A stretch of DNA of 64,000 bases, taken from contig JAILJR010000225.1 of NCBI GenBank assembly GCA_024694565.1, forward strand, positions 24,754 through 88,753, read 5' to 3'. Every line of letters starts with the position of its first letter. Within the stretch, counting starts at the first letter, position 1. This document shows, piece after piece, positions 56,201 to 64,000 of the stretch. The stretch is from Butyrivibrio sp. Lineage in GTDB: Bacteria; Bacillota; Clostridia; Lachnospirales; Lachnospiraceae. Under the pieces are notes generated by a model. The model was not told where the DNA came from. It ran no database searches and saw only the letters and a program-made list of their open reading frames with translations. Made by a program: the position numbers and the translations under genes.

Positions 56201-58939
56201 TTACTCTGAAACAGAGAGTGCATTTTCACCGCTGCACGCATCAATGAGCTCCTGCAGCGATACTCCCTGATACTCTTCCGGCATATTCCCGATAAGATCC
56301 TCAAGCGTCAGTGCAGAAACACCTTCCCTGTCATCAGCAGAGACCGCACTCAGCATTTCTTCGTAGCTCATCGTTATCTCAGGGATATCTAAAACCACGC
56401 CGGACTCCGTGAGCCTGGCTGCCATGTCAATCCTGCTTTCAGAAGAAGCTCCCTCTCCTGTAGAATATGTACCTGCTGAGGCAAATGCAACCTTTGGATC
56501 GACCGTTGATACCACCCAGTCATTTGAATCCACAATGCTGTAAACCTGCTGCGCCGGCATGTCAGAGGGATTCTGCTGCTCAATTGGGCTTCTTTCAGGT
56601 GAATCAAGAGGCATAAGAAGTGACCCCGTAGCCAACTCAACATCTGTTGAATAAAGGCTTAAGTCATTGCTCACACCATTTAGGTAGTTCAGATAATCCA
56701 CACAAAAATCAAGGGATGCCTTATCCTGTGATACGTATGAATTTCCACTGCTGCTGCCCTTTAAGAACTTATCCTCAAAATCGTCTATTCCGGTATAAGC
56801 ATTATTTGAAACAGTTCTTATGACCTCATCAAGGGATGTGCCATTGTGAAGCTTCGATAATACAATATCAAGTCCGTCTCTTATAGCATCAGAGTTGTAG
56901 GTCGTAACTCCGTTTGAATTGCTGCTGACAGTATAGCCTGCATTTGATGCAGCCATCGAACCCAGATATACACAGGCAAGGTAGCCCGTCACATAATTGC
57001 TCGCACTCCTGTTTTCTCCCGTATTTGACAGTCTCGGATTTCCCACCTCCGAGGTGCCAACTCCGCCGTTGTAAAACGAAAGTACTGACTGGTCGGTATA
57101 TCCTGTAAGATAATCATCGGCAGAATAACTGAGTCTGTTTCCGACCTGCATCAGCACATAGATGTCGCTCTGATAATTGTAGGCCTCATCAACCGTCGTG
57201 GCTATTCCCTCAATGAACCAGGATGGGAACATGTTGTCCTTGTCGGGGCGTCCTGTCATGCCTGTTCTTGTATAGTCATACATAAAGGCATGCATCAGCT
57301 CATGTGTGATCGTATTGCTGAGCACATCAAAGGCATCATCATTAAGAACATATTTGCCATTCGCTTCGTGGTAAAAGTTGCTTGTGTCAACTCCGATGAA
57401 ATACTCCATCTTGTCACCGGTGACGTTGGCAAGTACATAGGCGTAGGCCTGTCCGTTCCTGTACTCATCCCGGTTGTCAACAGCAGAGTTATAGATATAG
57501 AGACCTATCTGCTCACCCAGCTCTCCGTTCTTCGCCGCTTCCGAAAAGGAATCAAACTTGGTGGTAAGCTGATATACCGCCTGTGGTTCTATGACGTCCC
57601 TTATGATATGTACCAGGTTTTGGAGGTTATCCCTGCCTATTACAGATATCGCACCATTAGTACAGTGAACCGAGACCAGATTATCTGCCAAAGAAGTATT
57701 GCTCCCTGAGCCTGAAACAACATTCTCAGAAGCCGTATAATTTGAAGGCTCATTATAGAAGCTGTAGCCATTGTCATAAAATGAGCTGCTCCACTGCCGG
57801 TCACTGTAAGGATCCTGATACCAGGCCAAAGTCCACTCCTGACCTGCCGTCTGATCATAGCCCTGCAAAAGCTGTGCGCTCTGCAAAGACCCTGCTGCAG
57901 CATCGGTAAACTGCCACAGCTGTCCGCTTGTCCGGTCAGCAGCATCATTGAACCAGAACTGCAGGTTCTGCATACCATCCCATGAACTGATTCCGGTGCT
58001 CTCATCCTGCCCGATAGCTGAAGCCATCTCCTGATAATTACCACCCTGAGCATCCAGCCAGGTCTGCAGCGCATGATTCTGATACTGCCAGCCCTGCAGA
58101 TCAAATGCATCACTGACTGCATCAAACTGATACTGACCACTCTGAGTACTTAAGCCAGTCCAGGCATCATAGGCCTGAAAATTCAGGTTCCGGGTATCCT
58201 GCCATGACTGCAGCTCACTTTGCTGATACTGGCCTGCGAGTGACCCCTGAAAAGACTCAAGTGCTTCATTTGAAATCATAAAGCCAAGCTCACCGAGATA
58301 GGTCTGAACTGCCCACATATCATTGCTTCCAATCAGGTCAGACCATTCCAGATCCCTTCGTGAAATATATGTACTGCCATACTCGCCTGCTTTTTTCCCC
58401 GCAGCCGTGACACTCAAAAGTTCAATCGAGCTTTCCAGATCATTTTCAGCAAGCTTCGGAGTTGTAAGATAAGTGATGCCGCTTGAAGGGTCAGCTATAC
58501 TTATCAGTCCCTTTTCAAAACAGGGCTGTCCTTCAAGCCCCGAAAGTGATACCGACAGATCCTTGCCTTCTTTTATCTCTGCTCCTTCCGGTATATAAAA
58601 AGCAAAGGTAGGCAGATACTTCCTTCCTGCTTCGCATTTAGTGGCAACAGCTCCTTTATCATCCAGCCAGATTACGGGAATCTTCCATGACAGGCCCTGC
58701 TCTGTCATTACAGTAGCCTCCCCGTCAAGTGCTCTTCCCACCGCGGGCATCTCAAGATCAGTTATCGATAGATCAGATACTCCGTTCTTTTCTGAAATAT
58801 CCGATAAAGCAACCTTTGCCGTAACAGCCTCAAAATCCGGCTTCTCATTTGCACATACCGCCATTGCCGAAGAATTTACACCCACCAGAAGGGCTGCAAG
58901 CATTGTGCCAAACCGTCCGATAAACTTTTTTTCCACCAT
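56201..58939 (-). CDS. Secreted gluzincin metallopeptidase with flagellinolysin/M9-like domain
   Basis: Signal peptide, THELMHAFM (57290-57304), downstream FPSWFIEG (third Zn ligand) and [12 protein letters not shown]. No flagellin N- or C-terminal helices. Confidence 0.7.
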   Translation of the reverse strand: MVEKKFIGRFGTMLAALLVGVNSSAMAVCANEKPDFEAVTAKVALSDISEKNGVSDLSITDLEMPAVGRALDGEATVMTEQGLSWKIPVIWLDDKGAVATKCEAGRKYLPTFAFYIPEGAEIKEGKDLSVSLSGLEGQPCFEKGLISIADPSSGITYLTTPKLAENDLESSIELLSVTAAGKKAGEYGSTYISRRDLEWSDLIGSNDMWAVQTYLGELGFMISNEALESFQGSLAGQYQQSELQSWQDTRNLNFQAYDAWTGLSTQSGQYQFDAVSDAFDLQGWQYQNHALQTWLDAQGGNYQEMASAIGQDESTGISSWDGMQNLQFWFNDAADRTSGQLWQFTDAAAGSLQSAQLLQGYDQTAGQEWTLAWYQDPYSDRQWSSSFYDNGYSFYNEPSNYTASENVVSGSGSNTSLADNLVSVHCTNGAISVIGRDNLQNLVHIIRDVIEPQAVYQLTTKFDSFSEAAKNGELGEQIGLYIYNSAVDNRDEYRNGQAYAYVLANVTGDKMEYFIGVDTSNFYHEANGKYVLNDDAFDVLSNTITHELMHAFMYDYTRTGMTGRPDKDNMFPSWFIEGIATTVDEAYNYQSDIYVLMQVGNRLSYSADDYLTGYTDQSVLSFYNGGVGTSEVGNPRLSNTGENRSASNYVTGYLACVYLGSMAASNAGYTVSSNSNGVTTYNSDAIRDGLDIVLSKLHNGTSLDEVIRTVSNNAYTGIDDFEDKFLKGSSSGNSYVSQDKASLDFCVDYLNYLNGVSNDLSLYSTDVELATGSLLMPLDSPERSPIEQQNPSDMPAQQVYSIVDSNDWVVSTVDPKVAFASAGTYSTGEGASSESRIDMAARLTESGVVLDIPEITMSYEEMLSAVSADDREGVSALTLEDLIGNMPEEYQGVSLQELIDACSGENALSVSE

Positions 58940-59023
58940 GACACCTTCCCCCGAAATAATAATTCATACACAATACTTTAACACAATTTTTATAAATATT
59001 TTATTAAGGAAATATTAAATTTG

Positions 59024-59263
59024 TTACCAAAGATTTACTGAATCATACGTGTAAACCATATCCTGTTCAATTACAAAGTCCTCATCACATATGGAAGCCT
59101 CTCCGGAATATCCTCCAAGGAGCTGTGTGGTGCACATTGCAGCCGTGGCTTCCCCCTCCTCAACCGGCTTTTCCTCACCAAGGCCTGTCAGAATACTTCC
59201 AAGTCCCAGGATCACTATAAGCGCAACAAATATTACTGCAAACGTATAAACAAATATCAGCAT
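59024..59263 (-). CDS. Small single-pass membrane protein (79 aa) of the kinase/phosphatase module
   Basis: GAGG RBS 3 nt after the kinase stop region. N-terminal TM and an acidic tail with TTQL and FVIEQDMVY. Confidence 0.7.
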   Translation of the reverse strand: MLIFVYTFAVIFVALIVILGLGSILTGLGEEKPVEEGEATAAMCTTQLLGGYSGEASICDEDFVIEQDMVYTYDSVNLW

Positions 59264-59266
59264 CTT

Positions 59267-60265
59267 TTACCTCTCTTCATCAAACAGTTCATCAAGCACT
59301 TCGAAAACCGCTCCACTTGTGTCACTCCCAAGCTGCTCCTCCATGTAGCTCTTTATTCTGATGCCTGCGTTCCCCATCCTTTCCCTGACTGCGGGAATGC
59401 GGCTTTTTGCATCCTCTGCAGCATAGCTCCTGACAGCATCAGCATGGTAGAAGGAAAGAGTGATGACCACAGCAGCAGCCGCTGAAAGTCCTGCTATCTT
59501 CAGGTTCTGCAGAACTTTTCCGATAAGAACCTGTCCCGGATACTTTTCCAGAGCCTGTTTTATCTCAGTGCAGGAAAGAAAGCGGTCCTCCCTGTCCGCC
59601 ATGGTACACTTTTCAAGTATCGCCTCGAGCTCACTTGACAAACTTCCCTTAATGATCTGGGAAATTGTCCTTCCAAAGCAATAGATGTCGGTTCTTGGAT
59701 CAGTCTGGCCAAGGTTTCCAAACTGCTCCGGAGCTGCAAAGCCCACAGTTCCGATATTTGCTGCATCGCTGTCTTTTCCTTTTTCGTAAAACCTCGCTGC
59801 TCCAAAGTCGATAAGAGCCACATGTCCGTCAGGTTTTATTATTATATTTGCCGGTTTTAAATCCCTGTATATGACAGGTGTTTCAAGTCCATGAAGGTAT
59901 ATGAATATATCCAGGAGCTCTTTTGCAATCCTTACACTCATCTTTTCACTGAGCTTTCCGCAATTCCTGATAACCTTCTCAAGTGTATTTCCAGGTACAT
60001 ACTCAAGGACAAATGCATCCTCATATTTATCCAGAACCCTCGGTATGGCCGGGTGCTTAAGGTAACTTATCACCTTTGTCTCCTCATGTACCAGCATCAT
60101 CATACCGGTCTTTCCAAAGTCCATATCCTTTATCATTTTTATGGCAACAGGCTCTCCGCTCCTTTTATCTATAGCCATGTACACAAGGCTGCTGCCGCCT
60201 TCGCCAATCTTTCTGAGTATCCTGTATCTGTCTCTGTATATACTTTCATTCATGATCTTATCCAC
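59267..60265 (-). CDS. Hanks-type Ser/Thr protein kinase, membrane anchored
   Basis: Motifs IGEGGSSLVY, VAIK, YRDLKPAN, DFG, GTVGFAAPEQ and DIYCFG. C-terminal TM. GTG start at 60265 with GAGGTG RBS. Confidence 0.92.
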   Translation of the reverse strand: MDKIMNESIYRDRYRILRKIGEGGSSLVYMAIDKRSGEPVAIKMIKDMDFGKTGMMMLVHEETKVISYLKHPAIPRVLDKYEDAFVLEYVPGNTLEKVIRNCGKLSEKMSVRIAKELLDIFIYLHGLETPVIYRDLKPANIIIKPDGHVALIDFGAARFYEKGKDSDAANIGTVGFAAPEQFGNLGQTDPRTDIYCFGRTISQIIKGSLSSELEAILEKCTMADREDRFLSCTEIKQALEKYPGQVLIGKVLQNLKIAGLSAAAAVVITLSFYHADAVRSYAAEDAKSRIPAVRERMGNAGIRIKSYMEEQLGSDTSGAVFEVLDELFDEER

Positions 60266-60281
60266 GTTTTTCACCTCTTTA

Positions 60282-61067
60282 TCAATATTCAAGACACACT
60301 GCTGCCACAGAAATGTTGTCCTCTTCATTTCTCGACATGGCCAGTTCTGAAAGCTTCCTGCATTCCCAGAGCATATCCTTGGGCGAGACACACATCTGGG
60401 GGCACAGCTTTTCATGAATTTCTCCTTCACTGATCGTCCTCCAGAAGCCATCGCTGCAGGCTATGACCGTCATACCGCTTCGAGGCAGCTCGCCTCTTGT
60501 CACATCAGCAACAGCACCTTTCCCTGCCCCAAGACACTGGAGCAGTACATTCCTCTGTGGGTCTGATCCAGATTCCTCCTGCGTGATGATCCCCTTTTCG
60601 ATCTTATCCTGTACCACACTCTGGTCCTTAGTAAGCCTCGTTGCTTCTCTCCTGTCGACAGCGTAGATCCTTGAGTCTCCGATATTCAGAGTCATATACC
60701 TCATACCGATCTGCAAAAAAGCTGTCACGGTAGTCCCAAGACTGATCCCCCTGTGCTTGCCATATCTGAAGATCTCGCTGCTGCATCTGGCCAGCAGGCG
60801 CCTCAGCGACTTCTCAGCCGTATTCCAGAGCTCATCCTCATCCATGTTCTGCATAAGTGGCAGTTCCTCGCCAAACCAGTTCTCTAGGCTCCTTATGGCC
60901 TTACAGCTCGCAACCTCTCCCTTTGAAAGTCCTCCCATTCCGTCGCACACGGCAACAAAAGAGATCCTTCCGTGTCTTTTTGTGTTTGCAACCTTGATAA
61001 GGGCTGCGTCCTGATTCTTCTTGCGCACTTTACCTGCATCGGTAAAAATACATGCTTTTACTTCCAT
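60282..61067 (-). CDS. PP2C/PPM-family Ser/Thr phosphatase
   Basis: Motifs RKKNQDA, VCDGMGG, GEVAS, GTT, NIGDSR, CSDGFW and EDNIS. Start at 61067 after AGGAG. Confidence 0.92.
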   Translation of the reverse strand: MEVKACIFTDAGKVRKKNQDAALIKVANTKRHGRISFVAVCDGMGGLSKGEVASCKAIRSLENWFGEELPLMQNMDEDELWNTAEKSLRRLLARCSSEIFRYGKHRGISLGTTVTAFLQIGMRYMTLNIGDSRIYAVDRREATRLTKDQSVVQDKIEKGIITQEESGSDPQRNVLLQCLGAGKGAVADVTRGELPRSGMTVIACSDGFWRTISEGEIHEKLCPQMCVSPKDMLWECRKLSELAMSRNEEDNISVAAVCLEY

Positions 61068-61118
61068 ATTGTTCTCTCCTGAAAACCTGCCCGAAACGGG
61101 GCATTGATAAAATAGAAT

Positions 61119-61153
61119 AAAAAAAGACTGTGTCATATTTAAATGACACAGTC
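61119..61153 (-). terminator. Intrinsic terminator after the S41 peptidase gene
   Basis: Minus strand GACTGTGTCAT-TTAAAT-ATGACACAGTC then T7. Confidence 0.8.
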
Positions 61154-61175
61154 CAGTATAATACACTTATCTTTT

Positions 61176-62513
61176 TCAATTGTCAAGAAGTTCTTTCATG
61201 ACTTCCATGGCCTTGTCCTTCTGGTTATCAGTCTTATCTTCTGAATATGCGTCAGCATCGTACTCTATCTCGACGTCAGGTTCAATTCCTATGCCGTGGA
61301 TGTTGTTCCCTGCCGGCGTAAAGTAATTGCTGACTGTAAGCTTGATCGCCGTGCCATCCTTAAGATCAAAGATTCGCTGAACAACGCCCTTGCCGTAGGT
61401 TGTGACTCCCACCAGCTTGCCGAGCTTGTAGTCTTTTATTGCTCCTGCCAGTATCTCGGAAGCGCTGGCAGAATACTGATTCACAAGAACAACAATGGGT
61501 ATGTCTATCTCATGTTCTCCACTGCTTGTGTAGTCGTCCTGATTCCCGTCTCTGTCGACTGTGTACACTATAAGCCCCTTTGGAAGAATCTGCTCTGCAA
61601 TCTCACATACCGCCTGAAGACTTCCGCCCGGGTTGCTGCGAAGGTCAAGTATGAGGCCCTTGATATTGTTTTCCCTAAGCTCTGCCATTCCTTCCTTGAA
61701 CTGGTCGGGAGTGATATCATCAAACTCTGTAATCTGAAGATACCCTATATCTTCATTCTCTCCCATGAGCTCAGTGTTTACTGTCGGAACCTCAACGGCT
61801 GACCTCTCTACGTCAACCTCAACCTCTTCCCTCTTGTCGCCTCTGAGGAGCGTAAGATGCACATTGGTTCCCTCAGGTCCCTTTATCTTTGAAACGACCT
61901 CGCTCAGCTCAAGTCCCTGTGTGGACTCTTCATCAACCTGATAAATTATATCGTCTATCTGAAGCTCTGCTCTCTCTGCGGGAGTTCCGGGAATAACGCC
62001 TGAAACCCTCGGAACGTTCATGTCGTTGTCCATGCTGACGTAGGCACCTATACCATAGTAGACACCTGCTGTATCAGACAGAAGGTCATCAAGCTCCTCC
62101 TGAGTATAGTACACCGAATACGGATCTCCGAGCGAATCCATCAGCCCCTTATAAATGCCATCTGCCTCTGCCAGCTTGTCAACATCTGTCTTGTAGTAAT
62201 AGGTATCAATGTAGTCTTCAAGGCTCTGTATCTTTTCCAACGTGGTATCATTCAAAAGCTGCCCGACAGCGGACTGGTCAGAAGAGAGTATTCCTCCCGA
62301 AAGCCCCATCGCAGGCATGGAAAAGACATATATGCCTCCAAAAATAAATGCTGCCACAAAGCAGCCGGCCAGGAGACCGGCCAGAAACCTGTGCCTTAAT
62401 TTTCTCTTCTCTTCCTTTTGTTGGAGAAACGCAGGATCAGGCACATAGGGAGAACCAGAGCCCCCTTGAAATCCTGCATTCATATTATTTGTATCCAAGT
62501 CTTGCCCCTCCAT
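61176..62513 (-). CDS. S41 carboxyl-terminal processing protease (CtpA/CtpB-like, PDZ)
   Basis: TM, then LGDPYS, GIGA (PDZ), DLRSNPGG, SASASEI, TYGKGVVQ and GIEPD. Confidence 0.92.
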   Translation of the reverse strand: MEGQDLDTNNMNAGFQGGSGSPYVPDPAFLQQKEEKRKLRHRFLAGLLAGCFVAAFIFGGIYVFSMPAMGLSGGILSSDQSAVGQLLNDTTLEKIQSLEDYIDTYYYKTDVDKLAEADGIYKGLMDSLGDPYSVYYTQEELDDLLSDTAGVYYGIGAYVSMDNDMNVPRVSGVIPGTPAERAELQIDDIIYQVDEESTQGLELSEVVSKIKGPEGTNVHLTLLRGDKREEVEVDVERSAVEVPTVNTELMGENEDIGYLQITEFDDITPDQFKEGMAELRENNIKGLILDLRSNPGGSLQAVCEIAEQILPKGLIVYTVDRDGNQDDYTSSGEHEIDIPIVVLVNQYSASASEILAGAIKDYKLGKLVGVTTYGKGVVQRIFDLKDGTAIKLTVSNYFTPAGNNIHGIGIEPDVEIEYDADAYSEDKTDNQKDKAMEVMKELLDN

Positions 62514-62589
62514 AAACACCGGTTAATATCTGACACGAAAATCGGCCTGATGCGGATACCGGAGTTTTTATCCATTACTCAGAGTATTT

Positions 62590-63813
62590 CTACTTCAGGT
62601 AATTCCACGGACTTACATAATTACCATTAAGTCTTACACCGAAGTGAAGGTGCGGGCCCGTTGACCTTCCGGTGGATCCGACTGCACCGATCTTGGCTCC
62701 TGCCGCTACATCCTTGCCTTTTGAAACATAGATCGATGAACAGTGCATATAGATTGTATACAGTCCTCCGCCATGATTTATCATGATGTAGTTTCCCATG
62801 GTGGAGTTATAGTCTGCAGCAACGACTGTCCCCCTGTAGGCAGCCAGGATTGAAGATCCGGACGGTGCCGCAAGATCGATTCCATTGTGCATCTTCTTGA
62901 CCCCAAGAGTTGGATGCGTTCTCATTCCGTAATTGTCGGATATCCTTGTATAATTCGGACACGGCCAGGTGAACATTCCGCCGTCATATGTGTATCTGGT
63001 CAGAAGAGATGCCTTGTCAGCTGCAACCTCTTTTTCAAGAGCCGCTATGGCTGCATTCTCAGCCTTTATCTCAGCCTCATATTCCTTGATCGCAGCTTCC
63101 TTGTTGGTTATATCGGCCTGAACTGCCGTCAGCTCCTTATTCTTGGTATCGAGAAGTGACTGGAGGTTTTTTTCCTCTGTCTCCTTTGCAGCTTTTGCCG
63201 CATCAAGAGTCTGCTTCTCCTCCTCCAGGGCCTCTTTTGTCAGTCTTATGAGATCCGCTGTCGCAATATACTCATTTAGCTTGTCCCTGTCATACATAGA
63301 CAGGCTCTCAATATACTCTGCCTTATTGAGCATGTCCGAAAAACTGCCTGACTCCAAAAGCAGCTCGAAATAAAGCGTATCCCCTCGCTCATACATGAAC
63401 TTGATACGCTTTTTCATCGCCTCATACTGTGCCTTCTGAATGTCCTCCGCCTCAATGAGTTCCTCTGTCGTTACCTCTATCTCCTTAACCTTTTGCGATA
63501 TCTCATCGCCAAGATCATCTATCTTTCCCTGAATATCCGACAGCTGTCCATCAAGATTCGTAATGTAGTTGTTTAAGTCGGACTTGCTCTCTTCAAGCTG
63601 CTTTTTGACCTTCTCGAGGTTTGTCTTGGCACTTGAGAGAGCATCCCTCTCCTTTTTTGACTTGCTGATCTGTGCTTCCTTTGCCTTTATAGATTCCTGA
63701 GTCACTTTGGCGCTGCTTACAAAAGAATTTTCGCAGGCAGCGCTCACAAGCATAAGTGCACACAGAAAGGCACCTATTATTCTTTTTTTATTCCCCATCA
63801 AATACTCTTTCAA
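62590..63813 (-). CDS. Coiled-coil M23 peptidase / murein hydrolase activator (EnvC/CwlO-like FtsEX partner)
   Basis: Signal peptide and long coiled coil, then HNGIDL, YMHC and STGPHLHF. Confidence 0.9.
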   Translation of the reverse strand: MKEYLMGNKKRIIGAFLCALMLVSAACENSFVSSAKVTQESIKAKEAQISKSKKERDALSSAKTNLEKVKKQLEESKSDLNNYITNLDGQLSDIQGKIDDLGDEISQKVKEIEVTTEELIEAEDIQKAQYEAMKKRIKFMYERGDTLYFELLLESGSFSDMLNKAEYIESLSMYDRDKLNEYIATADLIRLTKEALEEEKQTLDAAKAAKETEEKNLQSLLDTKNKELTAVQADITNKEAAIKEYEAEIKAENAAIAALEKEVAADKASLLTRYTYDGGMFTWPCPNYTRISDNYGMRTHPTLGVKKMHNGIDLAAPSGSSILAAYRGTVVAADYNSTMGNYIMINHGGGLYTIYMHCSSIYVSKGKDVAAGAKIGAVGSTGRSTGPHLHFGVRLNGNYVSPWNYLK

Positions 63814-63828
63814 AATTTAAAAATATCC

Positions 63829-64000
63829 TTAAACATGCAGATGTTTCCTTACTGTTATAAAACTGCCAAAGAAACCGATGCCTATTCCGATGCAAAGTGA
63901 TATCGGAATAAGTGTATGATAGAGGGTCTCAACCGGCAAAAAGTCAAGCAGCGAGCTGAGCATTGTGAACTTGGATGCCACATAGGTGATCACATGATTG
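63829..64000 (-). CDS. ftsX: Cell division permease FtsX (3' end only)
   Basis: Hand translation ...LIPISLCIGIGIGFFGSFITVRKHLHV-stop resembles an FtsX C-terminus. It lies upstream of the EnvC-like and S41 genes. Confidence 0.75.
   Translation of the reverse strand, partial: NHVITYVASKFTMLSSLLDFLPVETLYHTLIPISLCIGIGIGFFGSFITVRKHLHV

Noticed and set aside
59267-61067. Kinase/phosphatase pair as the housekeeping prkC-prpC locus
   Set aside because: There are no PASTA domains and no rlmN/rsgA/fmt neighbours.
61085-61106. Small CCCGAAAC-GG hairpin upstream of PP2C (similar one at 1771-1789) as a riboswitch
   Set aside because: Too short, and it lacks the conserved elements of c-di-GMP or c-di-AMP riboswitches. 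The similarity could be chance.

Overview
This is a 64-kb chromosomal segment from a motile Firmicute; gene content and order suggest Lachnospiraceae, possibly Butyrivibrio-like (inference). Most genes are on the minus strand. (1) 1-27 kb is a large surface-glycan locus: RffA/WecE aminotransferase, GtrA flippase, GtrB-like and other GT2/GT4 transferases, a priming transferase, a PglK/MsbA-like ABC exporter, an acyltransferase-3, pseB, gmd-fcl, rfbD and several GT-C-like polytopic membrane proteins. (2) 27-39 kb is a housekeeping and motility block: mbl-flgF-flgG-flgJ-recD2-comF-yvyF, two membrane proteins, cdaA-cdaR, HPr and a DUF3048 lipoprotein. (3) 39.5-51 kb is a second glycan block: pseF/G/I/H, DUF2252, a GT52-like transferase, an N-acetyl-sugar amidotransferase with DUF6044, wzy and wzz. 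(4) 51-64 kb holds uvrA-uvrB and ftsX-M23-S41, interrupted by an accessory module of PP2C phosphatase, Ser/Thr kinase, small membrane protein and a secreted HExxH (flagellinolysin-like) peptidase. Three things stand out. A family of nested palindromic intergenic repeats (3 full-length and up to 5 partial copies, the orientable ones all in the same direction) brackets the glycan genes into modules. The phospho-signalling plus gluzincin module is unexplained. A promoter-terminator-promoter leader precedes the amidotransferase operon. I saw no rRNA, tRNA, CRISPR array, transposase or integrase. All calls come from motif recognition by eye; no database searches were run.
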